A stretch of DNA of 64,000 nucleotides, taken from assembly GCA_038087875.1 (NCBI GenBank), contig CM075990.1:6388001-6452000 (forward strand), in the 5' to 3' direction. The notes below the pieces were generated by a model. The model saw only the letters and a program-made list of their open reading frames with translations, was not told the DNA's origin and searched no databases. Below are positions 35,833 through 47,560 of this stretch, piece after piece. This DNA is from Malacoraja senta (Eukaryota). Made by a program: the position numbers and the translations under genes. Numbering within the stretch: the first letter of the stretch is position 1; every line of letters starts with the position of its first letter.

Positions 35833-37448
35833 CAGTGGCTTGCAAAAGTATTCATACCCCTTGAACTTTTCCACATTTTGTCATGTTACAACCCCAAACG
35901 TAATGTATTTTATTGGGATTTTATGTGATAGACCAACACAAAGTGGCGCATAATTGTGAAGTGGAAGGAAAATGATACAGGGTTTTCAAATTTTTTTACA
36001 AATAAAAAACTGAAAAGTGTCGCGTGCAAAAGTATTCAGCCCCCCTGAGTCAATACTTTGTAGAACCACCTTTCGCTGCAATTACAGCTGCAAGTCTTTT
36101 GGGGTATGTCTCTACCAGCTTTGCACATCTAGAGACTGACATTTTTGCCCATTCTTCTTTGCAAAATAGCTCAAGCTCAGTCAGATTGGATGGAGAGCGT
36201 CTGTGAACAGCAATTTTCAAGTCTTGCCAGAGATTCTCAATTGGATTTAGGTCTGGACTTTGACTGGGCCATTCTAACACATGAGTATGCTTTGATCTAA
36301 ACCATTCCATTGTAGCTCTGGCTGTATGTTTAGGGTCGTTGTCCTGCTAGAAGGTGAACCTCCGCCCCAGTCTCAAGTCTTTTGCAGACTCAAACAGGTT
36401 TTCTTCCAAGATTGCCCTGTATTTGGCTCCATCCATCTTCCCATCAACTCTGACCAGCTTCCCTGTCCCTGCTGAAGAAAAGCATCCCCACAGCATGATG
36501 CTGCCACCACCATGTTTCACAGTGCGGATGGTGTGTTCAGGGTGATGTGCAGTGTTAGTTTTCCGCCACACATAGCGTTTTGCATTTATGCCAAAAACTT
36601 CAATTTTGGTCTCATCTGTCCAGAGCACCTTCCTCCACATGTTTGCTGTGTCCCCCACATGGCTTGTGGCAAACTGCAAACGGGACTTGTTATGGCTTTT
36701 TTTCAACAATGGCTTTCTTCTTGCCACTCTTCCATAAAGGCCCGATTTGTGGAGTGCACGACTAATAGTTGTCCTGTGGACAGATTCTCCCACCTGAGCT
36801 GTGGATCTCTGCAGCTCCTCCAGAGTTACCATGGGCCTCTTGGCTGCTTCTCTGATCAATGCTCTCCTTGCCCGGCCTGTCAGTTTAGGTGGACGGCCAT
36901 GTCTTGGTAGGTTTGCAGTTGTGCCATTCTCTTTCCATTTTTGGATGATGGATTGAACAGTGTTCCGTGAGATGTTCAAAGCTTGGGATATTTTTTTATA
37001 ACCCAACCCTGCTTTAAACTTCTCCACAACTTTATCCCTGACCTGTCTGGTGTGTTCCTTGGGCTTTATGATGCTGTTTGTTCACTAATGTTCTCTTACA
37101 AACCTCTGAGGCCTTCACAGAACAGCTGTATTTATACTGAGATTAGATTACACACAAGTGGACTCTATTTACTAATTAGGTGACTTCTGAAGGCAATTGT
37201 TTGCACTGGATTTTATTTAGGGGTATCAGAGTTAAGGGGCTGAATACTTTTGCACGCAACACTTTTCAGTTTTTTATTTGTTAAAAAAATTTGAAAACCA
37301 TGTATCATTTTCCTTCCACTTCACAATTATGCGCCACTTTGTGTTGGTCTATCACATAAAATCCCAATAAAATACATTTACATTTGTGGTTGTAACGTGA
37401 CAAAATGTGGAAAAGTTCAAGGGGTATGAATACTTTTGCAAGCCACTG
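35833..37448 (-). mobile_element. Full-length Tc1-family DNA transposon (DD34E, IR/DR type, Passport/Eagle/Glan-like), 1616 bp
   Basis: TA-CAGTGGCTTGCAAAAGTATTCATACCCC..GGGGTATGAATACTTTTGCAAGCCACTG-TA; TIRs of about 210 bp (35833-36043, 37236-37448), each with inner and outer TGCAAAAGTATTCA direct repeats; TA duplication at 35831-35832 and 37449-37450. Confidence 0.97.
36050..37069 (-). pseudogene. Tc1 transposase, 339 codons in one frame, inactivated by start loss (ATA) and one nonsense codon
   Basis: ATA-AAG-CCC-AAG at 37069; GRPPKL, WTDETK, F*QDNDPKH (TAG at 36349-36347 where Gln is expected), [12 protein letters not shown]; 34 residues between the second D and the E. Confidence 0.93.
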
Positions 37449-37632
37449 TATGTATTGTGTTGTGCATACGGTATCTGAATGTGGTTGGTATCTATATGTG
37501 TTGTGTGTGTAGTGTGGTATGCATGTATTGTGTGCATAGTGTGTATGTGTGGTTGTGTTGTGTATATGTGTTGTTACCGCTTGGTGTATGTAGTGCGGTG
37601 TGTGTGTGGTTTGTCTATATGTCTACATCTCA

Positions 37633-38561
37633 CTATCTGCAGCCACATTCCGCCACCACCATCCCCTCGTATTTATACTTGTAAGTGGTGACGCCGGCGT
37701 CGGTCTTGTACAGCATGGAGATGGGGTCCAGCTTGGTGGGCACACAGCACGCCTTGGCAGCTTTCTCGGGGTTCCAGTGGTTCACCAAGGTCTGGATCTT
37801 GGCGTGGTTTGTTGGGGTGACATGGTCGGTGAGCGGGATGTAGCAGACCCCTCTGCACTCGTAAGCCTCGTAATTCTTGGGGGCGACGATCCACGAGTCC
37901 CAGCCGATCTCGGTGAAGTCCACGTGGAGAGGGGAGCGCTTGCAGTAATTCCCTTTGGAGCTTCGGCGGGTTCTGGACGTGGAGTCCAGAGAGAGGGTGG
38001 TCTGCGGTTGGAACAAATCATATTCCGGGCGTCCTGAGCCCGACCTCTCCGCCAGCTCCACGGCCGCGACCTCCAGTTCGTGCACCAGCATTTCCTTCAC
38101 CTCGTCCCCCTGACCGTGCCTCTGGTCGTCGGAGAACACCACCAGTAACGGCACATTCCTGCTCTCCGAGCCGGGCTCGCCCTCCGCGACCACCGCCCCC
38201 GACTCCCCCTCCTCGGCGCTTTCGATGTGAACTTCAAGCTTGTGGGTTGTCCGGTTGGATCTCACCCACCGTCTGACGGCGTCGGTCACATCAAAGGTTT
38301 CCCAACCGCTGTCCTCTCCGGCGATCTGTTTGGAGACCAGTAGAGACAGGGAAAGCTCCAGCGAGTTCTCTCCCGGCTCCTCCAAGTCGTGAACCCGGAC
38401 TATCCTGTTCACTCCTTCGTATAGCATCCTGTCCCTTCCAACGAAGGCGTAGAGTCTCAACTCGGCCGCCACGATCACTTCATGCCGAGGGATGGTCAGG
38501 TTAAAGACTAAAATGTGCCTCCTCGCCCCGAGTTCTCCCAACGGGAGCACCGTTGTTGTAT
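37633..38561 (-). CDS. GDF2: GDF2/BMP9 exon 2 (prodomain, RTRR furin site, mature TGF-beta domain)
   Basis: Acceptor tctgtatcccccAG (phase 1). Mature domain CKRSPLHVDFTEIGWDSWIVAPKNYEAYECRGVC..ACCVPTKLDPISMLYKTDAGVTTYKYKYEGMVVAECGCR with 7 Cys; lies between RBP3 and GDF10. Confidence 0.92.
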
Positions 38562-39652
38562 CTGGGGGATACAGACAGAGAGAGCAACTGTTAGATACAA
38601 CTCAGCGGCATGAATATTGGTTGCTCTCAATTCAACCCCTGCATCCCCCCTCTCTCCTACCCTCCCCCATCCTATTCGTCCTACTATTTGCACTGTCGTC
38701 CTGTTGAGTTTCACTGTCAGCGTAATTCATTATCACCTATCCCACAGCCAACAATAGACCACTGTGGGCTCTACCTTTCCTTGATCATCGTTGCATTTTG
38801 CATATCTCTCATTCATTTGTTCTATGTAACTTCTATATATCTCGTTTCCCTCTCCCCTGGCGATCAGTCTTAAGAAGACACGGGACCCGAAACGTCACCT
38901 ATTCCTTTTCTCCAGAGATGCTGCCTGTCCCCCTGAGTTACTCCAGAATATTGTGTCTAGCAACTGTTAGATTTATTTATTACCTCAAAACCGCCCCCCC
39001 CCCAATTAAAAGTTACACCGCGCCCCTCAACATCAGATATATTCAAAGTCTCTTGACTCACATGCAGTGTTTGTTCAGGTATTCTCGGGAGTAAGGGGTT
39101 AGCGCAGGTGAATGCAGTAGATTTTGAACAAAGTTTACAAGCAAAATTATTCATCCAAACCAATCCCTTTTGCTCCTTCAACTTGCCGGTTCGCCTTTGC
39201 ATCTCTCCCGGTGGAACCATGACATTTAGGTATTTGGTTGCACATTTCAGAGATAGAATTGACCAAAAATCTGATATGGGTTTCTTCCCAGCTGTTATCG
39301 GGCAACTGAATCATCCTACCACAACCTGAGAGCAGTGCTGAACTACTATCTACCTCATTGGTGACTCTCAGACTAACCTTGATCGGACGTTGCCTTGCAC
39401 CACACGTTGTTCCCTTACCGTGGCTATGTATAATGTGGATGGCTCGATTGTCTTTCTGCTGACTGGATAGCAGGCAACACTGTACCTCGGTACACGTGAC
39501 AAAAAACTAAACTGTAACTGTAACATTGAAAGCGAAGAATGAAGAACTAGGCGCAAGATGTGTAGGAAGGAACTGCAGATGCTGGTGTAAACCGAAGATA
39601 GACACAAGGCTTCAGTCGGAGATTGGAAGGTGTGGACATGCGATCTATTTAC

Positions 39653-39995
39653 CTTCGTTTCTGAAGCTCCTGACAATGTTGGACGAGGGCATGGAAGAGC
39701 TGTCGCTGGCGAACTTGTTGTACAGGTCGACCATGAACTGCGGAGGTTCCGCTTCCAGCGGGTCTTGCGAAGGAATCTCGGACAGGTTTACACTCCGGAA
39801 GAACTCGTCCTTCACGCTTTCCAAGAACACGTCGAAATCGAAGCCAGAGTGGTCCTCTGGGAAGACTTCGTCTTCGTAATGCTCCAATCCATCCTCGTGG
39901 GTTTCCTGGTCCCAACTGCTCAGCGGCTTGCACATTGCGACTTGAAGTAGGAAACTGAAGGCGAATGTGATTGCGAGACAGGCAACACAAGTCAT
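39653..39995 (-). CDS. GDF2: GDF2/BMP9 exon 1 (signal peptide, prodomain)
   Basis: MTCVACLAITFAFSFLLQVAMCKPL..FLESVKDEFFRSVNLS..EPPQFMVDLYNKFASDSSSMPSSNIVRSFRNE; donor G|GTAAAT; joined CDS 1272 nt = 423 aa. Confidence 0.93.
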
Positions 39996-40029
39996 TGCTC
40001 CTGCTCCTCACGGCGGCCTTCGATTCCCG

Positions 40030-40240
40030 TGTTAATATCTAGCCGTGAACTGAAGAGGAATGGAGGCGAGCGTGACTTCTTCAACACATCGGTTCTGCCT
40101 GGCTTGCGCGCTATGCTCTGCTCTCTTTCCACCAATATCATCGCTCAGATGGACCGTCTTATCTTGGCCATTGATGGCCCGCTTGAGTTTCCCTTATCTC
40201 GCAACCCTCTTAGTTAATGAAGATTCTGTAAACAGTTGAC
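40030..40240 (-). promoter_or_regulatory. Candidate GDF2 proximal promoter
   Basis: Two AGATAAG GATA sites (40158-40164, 40193-40199) and a forkhead TGTAAACA (40227-40234) within 240 nt of the ATG. Confidence 0.4.
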
Positions 40241-41889
40241 GACTACATTGGACTAATGGGAAGCACAATGTACACCCCGGCCAGTTGGAATCTGGGCTCT
40301 GGGGTCAGTCTCTAATTACTTCCACTACATCGCTGCCAATTCTCTGCAAACATCACAAGAACTTTCAACAGACCACTGCCTTCAAGACCGCAAATTGTTT
40401 CTGCATCCGCACAGTGCACAGTATTTGTAAACCAGTTTATTGAGTGGGCAAGAGTCAAGTCAAACCGTTTTCAAAGCCTTGGATGCTGAACAAAAAGGGC
40501 CCCAACTAATCAGGATTTAATTATAGTCTTAACCTTATTCTCAAATTATCAGTTAGTCAATACAATTTTTGACGGCCTCTGCAGCATGCCGCCTGCTTTG
40601 TGTCAAAAGTGTTTTCCCACCATTGGCTTAAGTAGAATGACAGAGAAAGTGGAAGCGGCGCTGCCTTCCGTTTACGGCGTTATCATCAAGGGTAGTTGGC
40701 AGAAAAAAGTCCCACAGACTTACTAATGAATTACAAGTAACGAGGAAATCAACATGGATTTCGTTTTGATATATTGCAACTGAAGTGTTACTAAAGATAA
40801 AAATGTAACATATCAGAATCAGCTTTTTAAAGTTTGAGCAACAATAGTTATAAAGCGAGTTAGATGCACTGGCTACATCTGTTGTTATGCTCGCTTGATA
40901 TTGCTCGGCGTGTTAATTTAACAGCTATTATTCCATCTACCAACATACATTCACATACAGTAAAGAGCAGCCAAAAGAAGTTATATCAGTTCGTTGAGTG
41001 AAAAAATAAACGTAAGTGGGTGGCAAAACAGGGGGCTTCTCAACAGTCCCATATTAAGTGTTTGGCCTTACACTCCCTTTAACTGTAATGGATATACATA
41101 TCAGACAAGGCATATTATAAATGATAAAAGCCATTCAGACTCTTTATTCAGAGTCATATTATAAATGATAAAATGCCATTAAGAGTCTTTGCACTAACTC
41201 TAATTCACTCCCACGGAATATCACCTCCTCCTTATCGCTTGTCTCAGAATAGACATTCTATGGGTAATCAAAATACAGTGTGAATTACTTGTGCAAAAAA
41301 AACCATTGTGGTAAAATAACTTATTTGGACTTTTAGTACAACGATACTCATGTTACTGGAGATAAATGAAGGATTTGAAGATCTAATACAAAAATGTAAT
41401 TATAACCCACTACACAATGCTGGATTTTATGGATATTAATTTGAACAACAGCAATGAAAAATATGCACTATATTTTTCCACAATCACTTTCTATTAATAA
41501 TTTCAGATATTTATATTGGAAGTTATAGAGAGTAGAAATCAATTGAGGACTTCCACAACTGAAGCCTTTTTATGGTCAAAACATTTGTTTAGGCCTTATG
41601 TGGAATGGAACATGGACACATGCCTTTTGCTTTAATCATCCAGAAATCCTCCTTGACAACACAAAGCAGACCGGAATATTTGTTATAACCCTTAAGTAGA
41701 TAAGGCAATTTTTTGAAATGTATTTAGCATAAAGCATGCACACATCCTTAAAATGTCATCAGCGTTCATACATTAGGTTTTGTTAAAGGAATGTAGATTA
41801 TTGCCATGCAACAATTGGAATGACTACTTTAATCTGCTGCTGCAGAGTAACTCTGCACATTTCTTTAATCCATTCATTGGTTAGACATT

Positions 41890-42061
41890 GGACTCCATGC
41901 CACTGGATCCTGACCCAGATCAATCCAGGCCCGTGGGGTGGCTGTCTATGCACCAGTCTCCCCACGTTAAACAAAGTCACGCACAGGCGTCCTCCATATA
42001 GGGAACAGCACCCTGGAGACACCCATGGTCAGCCATGACCGAAGGGGGCTAAGAAGAAGAA
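41890..42061 (+). mobile_element. Short retroposed insert with (AAG)n tail and 11-bp TSD (probably RTE-mobilised)
   Basis: GGTTAGACATT at 41879-41889 and 42062-42072; ends TAAGAAGAAGAA. Confidence 0.75.
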
Positions 42062-42319
42062 GGTTAGACATTTGATCCATCTGGACACTTGAATTAGTTT
42101 ATTGCAAGTTGTTTTTTGCAAATGACTATTTAAGCAATAGGATAGAGTTCGCTTAGCACTTCATCCCTTGAATGCATTTTGGTAAATCTGACCACCTGGC
42201 TGTGCTTCTAATCCCTGCCTTCAAGCAGAAACTGAAGACCGAGGATCCCATACAGTAAGTTGAACAATGCTGGTCAGACCAAACAGTTGAACTGTTTTGA
42301 TGACTGGTCCATATACAAA

Positions 42320-42583
42320 GACTCTAGTAACCCCTAGAGCTATGCCAGCAGGAGATTCGTCTCCTGTTAGGGTCTCCCATGCTGGACAGGTCGAAGGGTA
42401 GAGGCGAGACAAAGAGCGATCCACTGGTCCTCCAGGTTGTGGGTTGAGCACAGGGCTAACAACCATGTCTCGTAAAACAAATATGTTACAGAAACAGCAA
42501 CTGAAGGAATCAACAAGGCGTGGAGGACCTTCGTTGCTGCCCTACATGCCAGGAGGCATAATAGGCAGTAAACAAGTAAGTAA
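42320..42583 (+). mobile_element. Bipartite RTE-derived non-autonomous element (5'UTR fused to 3' end)
   Basis: GAGCTATGCC..AGGGTCTCCCATGCTGGACAGGTC..AGACAAAGAGCGATCCACTGG resembles BovB/Expander-type 5'UTRs (from memory); 3' TGGAGGACCTTCGTTGCTGCCCTACATGCC and an (AGTA)n-like tail. Confidence 0.65.
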
Positions 42584-43189
42584 CTTTGATGTCCAGTGAG
42601 GAGGTATTGGAAGCTGAGAACGTCTTTTTGAGCCCCTAGTATTTGAGGTGAAGTGATATCAGAAAATCTATAATGTGGATTAACATACTGAGGAAGAAAA
42701 AAATAGAAGCTGACAGAATGTTAACTGAAGTCAGAAGATACTGAATCGATTGCACACTGGGCCATGGAGAAATTTGTATCTTTTTGAAATTTGAGAATGG
42801 AATTAACCTTAAATGTGAACATTTCCTGTATGAATGCCGTCAGATTGAAGCAAGTCACAGACACGATGACTTCTCCCATTGTGGAGCTTTCAAACCTAGA
42901 TCATTTACTTTTGTACGATAGAGGATCAGATGCTGAAGGAACTCATTGTATGGCAAGAATATAAAATGATGTGTACATAAGCTTACAGTTTTAATTAATG
43001 TACGTTGATATCTGTTTTTGTTTTGAATATGAACCAGAAATCTTTTGTTGCTGAACTGACTGGGATTACTGTCGGTCACTGTTTATATTTGCCAAAATAA
43101 CTTTTAGCTTCTTATGGCCCTTCACCCATAAGGTTTTTGTTACAGTTCATAAGAAACATCTGAGTTTTTATTCCTATTGTGGCACCTAT

Positions 43190-43455
43190 TGTGGGGGGAA
43201 AAGATTGAATAGAAATTTGAGGGATAACTTTTTCACACAAAGGGTGGTGGGTGTATGGAACAAGCTGCCAGAGGAGGTAGTTGAGGCTGGGACTATCCCA
43301 AAGTTTAAGAAATAGTTAGACAGGTACATGGATAGGACAGGTTTGGAGGGATATGGACCAAGCACAGGCAGGTGGGACCAGTGTAGCTGTTGGCTGGAGT
43401 GGGCAAGGTGGGCTGAAGGGCCTGTTTCCACACTGTATCACTCTATGACTCTGTG
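43190..43455 (+). mobile_element. CR1 3' end fragment
   Basis: TTTTTCACACAAAGGGTGGTGGGTGTATGGAACAAGCTGCCAGAGG..CTCTATGACTCT tail. Confidence 0.75.
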
Positions 43456-43524
43456 ACCTCTTGGTATAAAAGAGAAGGGAGGAATATTTGAAAATATTAT
43501 CAAGAAGGCAGAAGAAAGAACCAG

Positions 43525-44080
43525 CCTGGAGTATTGTGTGCAGTTTTGGTCCCCTAATTTGAGGAAGGACATGAGGGAGTGCAGCATAGGTTACAAGGTT
43601 AATTCCCGGGATGGCGGGACTGTCATATGCTGAGAGAATGGAGCAGCTGGGCTTGTACACTCTGGAGTTTAGAAGGATGAGAGGGTATCTCATTGAAATA
43701 TTTAAGATTGTTAAGGGCTTGGACACACTAGAGGCAGGAAACATGTTCCCGATGTTGGGTGAGTCCAGAACCAGGGGCCACAGTTTAAGAATAAGGAGTA
43801 AGCCATTTAGAACGGAGACGAGGAAACACTTTTTCTCACATAGAGTGGTGAGTCTGTGGAATTCTCTGCCTCAGAGGGCGGTGGAGGCAGGTTCTCTGGA
43901 TGCTTTCAAGAGAGAGCTAGATAGGGCTCTTAAAAATAGCGGAGTCAGGATATGGGGAGAAGGCAGGAACGGGGTACTGATTGTGGATGATCAGCCATGA
44001 TCACATTGAATGGTGGTGCTGGCTCGAAGGGCCAAATGGCCTACTCCAGCACCTATTGTCTATTGTCTATTGTCTATTGT
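43525..44080 (+). mobile_element. CR1 3' fragment, second subfamily
   Basis: GLSYAERMEQLGLYTLEFRRMRG..TRGHSLR..VVSLWNSLP; (TATTGTC)n tail. Confidence 0.9.
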
Positions 44081-44309
44081 CAGCCAATCATTCACTCTAT
44101 GGATCTAAGAATACCTAAGAATTAGACCAGAAAGATCAGACATTGTTCTGAAAGGATAGCAACATAAAGGCAGATACTATAGTGAATACTTAAGGCTAAC
44201 TCTTCTTTCTCGTATTCCAAGAGATACCTGGTATAACCAGAATCCAGTGCAATTTCTATCACGGTTAAGTTATGGGGATGTATTGTCAAAGGAGATTTAA
44301 AACCGTTCA

Positions 44310-44645
44310 AACCTGTACGCCCTTGGCGTGTGGGAAGAAACCGGAGCATCCAGATAATATCCACGCGGTCACAGTGAGAACGTACAAACTTCATCCAGTC
44401 AGCACAGTAGTCATGATCGAACCCAGTCTCTGGCACATCACCACATAGGTTTTCTCTGGGTACTCCAGTTTCCTCCCACATTCCAAAGATTACAGGTTTG
44501 TAGGTTAATTGGCTTCGGTAAAAATTGTAAATTATCCCTATTGTGTAGGATAGTGCTAATGTGTGGAGGGATTGGTGGTTGACGTGGACTTGGTGGGTCA
44601 AAGGGCCTGTTTCTGCACTGTATCTCCAAACTAAACTAAACTAAA
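44310..44645. mobile_element. Two partial HE1-like SINEs in opposite orientation
   Basis: Minus-strand head/core about 44310-44437, then plus-strand core and (AAACT)n tail to about 44645. Confidence 0.7.
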
Positions 44646-47253
44646 CTCGCTAATTCCAACGCAGATGCCCCATTTTCACTGGCCCCACCTGCCTGCACCT
44701 GTCCATATCCCTCTAAACCTTTCATACCCATGTGCCTGTCCAAATGTCGTTGAAATGTTGTATAGTGCCTGCTTCGACTACCCTCTTTAGCATGTGTAGG
44801 AAAAAACTGCAGATGCAGATTTACTCCGAAGATAGACACAAAATGCTGCAGTAACTCAGCGGGACAGGCAGCATCTCTAGAGAGAAGGAATGGATGACGT
44901 TTCAGGTCCAGACCCTTCTTCAGTTCAAAACATCATGTGTTAGATATGTGTAAAGAATAAACTGTCAAGAATACTACCAGATTCAAGTGGATTTAGAAAC
45001 ACTTGAATTTTAATTTTGTAAGAATTTAAGATTGTAATTTTATTTGTGGCCTTTTGTTATCAGAATACTAAATGATATTCTAAACAAACCCCATTCAATT
45101 ATAATCCCCATCCCATTTAGGAGCATACAATTACAACCAGCAATCGAAGAATATTCTGCAGAATTGAGCAGTCATCTATATTTAAGGAGAAAGGATGACC
45201 TCAGCTGAGACTGCCAGAGTAAATGTGAACATTGACACATTTTCTGGCTGTGGTTGCACCATTTGACGGTATGGATTTAATCTGAGGGGTGGGGAGGGAT
45301 TTTGTCAGTGACGGTGTATCCGATAACTTCACAGTTGAACAGTGAGCCACATAAGGAGGTATCAGAGCAAAGTCTTGGTTCAAGAGATGTTTCAAGGAAC
45401 ATTATGAAAGAAGAATAAGTGGGGATGGAGGAGATATTTACTGGGGGAAATTGGCTGAAGGAATCAGAGCGTAAAGCTGATCTTGATAGATGGTTAAAAA
45501 CGGGGACTGACTAAGAGGTCAGAAAATGAAAGATTGCGGAGATCCTGGAGTATTTTACAGAAGGGAAGGAATGGGGGAGGCCATGGTCAGGTTTGTTCCT
45601 TGTGATCAGAAGTTTAAATTGAAACAACGAAAGAAAGATAATTTCTCTGCAGGTCAGGCAGCATCTGCAGTGAGAGAAACAGCTAACAATTTTCAGGATG
45701 AAGTCCCTTCACAAGAATGAAGAAAAAAGGGAAAAAAAGGACAGGATTGTCTGCAAAAGTGCTATCGGAGTATCTTGGTTGGCATGGGGCATTTTGGTTG
45801 AGATGGGCAAGTTGAGCCAAAGATCTTGTTTCCATGCTGTCTGACTCTCTGTGAGAGGATGGGCAAGAAATAGATAGGACAAAGGAAATCTCTATTAGGC
45901 TGGACAAGATCCAGTCAGGGTTACAGTAACCTAGTTCTTGGATTAACGAGGTTTGTTAGGGGAGATAACACAAAATAACTCAAGTTATCTACTTTCTCTC
46001 TCTCTCCTCTATTTCACTGCCATTAATAATCAGTTAACCAGGTACCTCATTAACAGCTGTGAGAACCTATGATGACCCAGGGCACCCTACAAACCTTTTG
46101 CCTATGTCGCCTCCATGTGGTAAGTGTGTTAGGGAGAAAGAGAAGCAATGAAAATAAAATAAAACTGTAGATGCTGGAAACCTGAAATAAGATCAGAAAG
46201 TGTTAGAAACACTCAGCAAGTCTGGAAGAATTTGTGGAATGAGGAACTGAATTTATGTTTCAAGTCTGAGATCCTTCGTCAGAACCAGTAAAAAATAAAC
46301 AAGATTAATGGTCAGCTCAGTGGGGTGAAGAGCATGTTTCTATGCTGTATCTCTAAACTAAACTAAACTAAATTAAACAAAACTAAACTTAACTAACCAA
46401 GCTTCACAAGGCTGTCGTCAATTGACAGAATTAGGGGTGAAGAAGATTACTTCTTCTATAGTGGACGCTGAAGATGGGGAAAAGACCTGTTCAGATCTGT
46501 TGTAATAAGGCTTAAGCAGCCAAATCACTTAATTTTTCTTTGCAGTAAGATCTGAACATTGTACCCTCAAACTGAATTTAAAACTGGATCCTGAAGGAAA
46601 TTAAATTATCTCCATCAGGATCCATTGCAAAAAGAAAATTCTGAAGAGCCAGTTGATTGGGAAAGGAAGTTATCAGCCTGAGGGGCACCTGAGCCGGTGA
46701 CTCATGTAGTTGAGGCCCCTTTGCACATTCACAGTACTGCATAAAGAGCGAGGCAGCTAAATATCAGTTTTGTCTTTCCCAATTAGCAGAATGCAGCTGA
46801 ATTAACCAGCTCCGGTTTTCAATATTTCAGGCCACTCTTTGGGGAAGTGATTAGTGAGTAACTGATATGTCCCCGGGAGGTAGTTAAGGGAGATAGGCAC
46901 CTCTTCTGAGACATCCCGTTTATTTTGTAACCTGAGATTTGACTACATTTTCCAAATTAGTCTCTCATCAGAAACCATTGGCTAAGACGTTTCTTTGTGT
47001 TGCAGTAGACAGGACAGAGGAACAGAGCAAAAAAATTACAGGACAGGAAAAAGTGCTGAAATCTCCCTGCATGTTCACATCACACGTAATATACCAAACT
47101 GCAGCTGAGCTCAATGTCTCTGACATGTTTGATGGACCTAACAGATTTACAGTTCTGTTCCTAATCTGTTACATGACTGAGAGTCACTGCTGAGAGGATT
47201 TTAATGGCCCAATGTTTCAATGGTACTTTATTGTCATGTGTAGCTCATACAAT

Positions 47254-47560
47254 GGGCAGCACAGTGGTAGAGTTGCTGCCTGACTGCTTACAGCACTAGA
47301 GACCCGAGTTCGATCCTGACTACAGGTGCTGTCTGTACGGAGTTTATACGTTCTCCCCGTGACCGCATGGGTTTTTTCCAAGATCTTCTGTTTCCTCCCA
47401 CATTCCAAAGACGTACAGGTTTGTAGGTTAATTGGCTTAGGTACATATGCAACAGTGTCCCTAGTGTAGGATAGTGTTAATATGCGGGGATCGCCGGTCG
47501 GCGTGAACTCGGTGGGCCGAAGGGCCTGTTTCCGCGCTGTATCTATAAACTAAACTAAAC
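47254..47560 (+). mobile_element. HE1-like V-SINE, full length
   Basis: GTTCGATCC B-box, V-domain, (AAACT)n tail. Confidence 0.85.

Noticed and set aside
37633..39995. Calling the gene BMP10
   Set aside because: Position between RBP3 and GDF10 and the longer LYKxDxGV loop favour GDF2.
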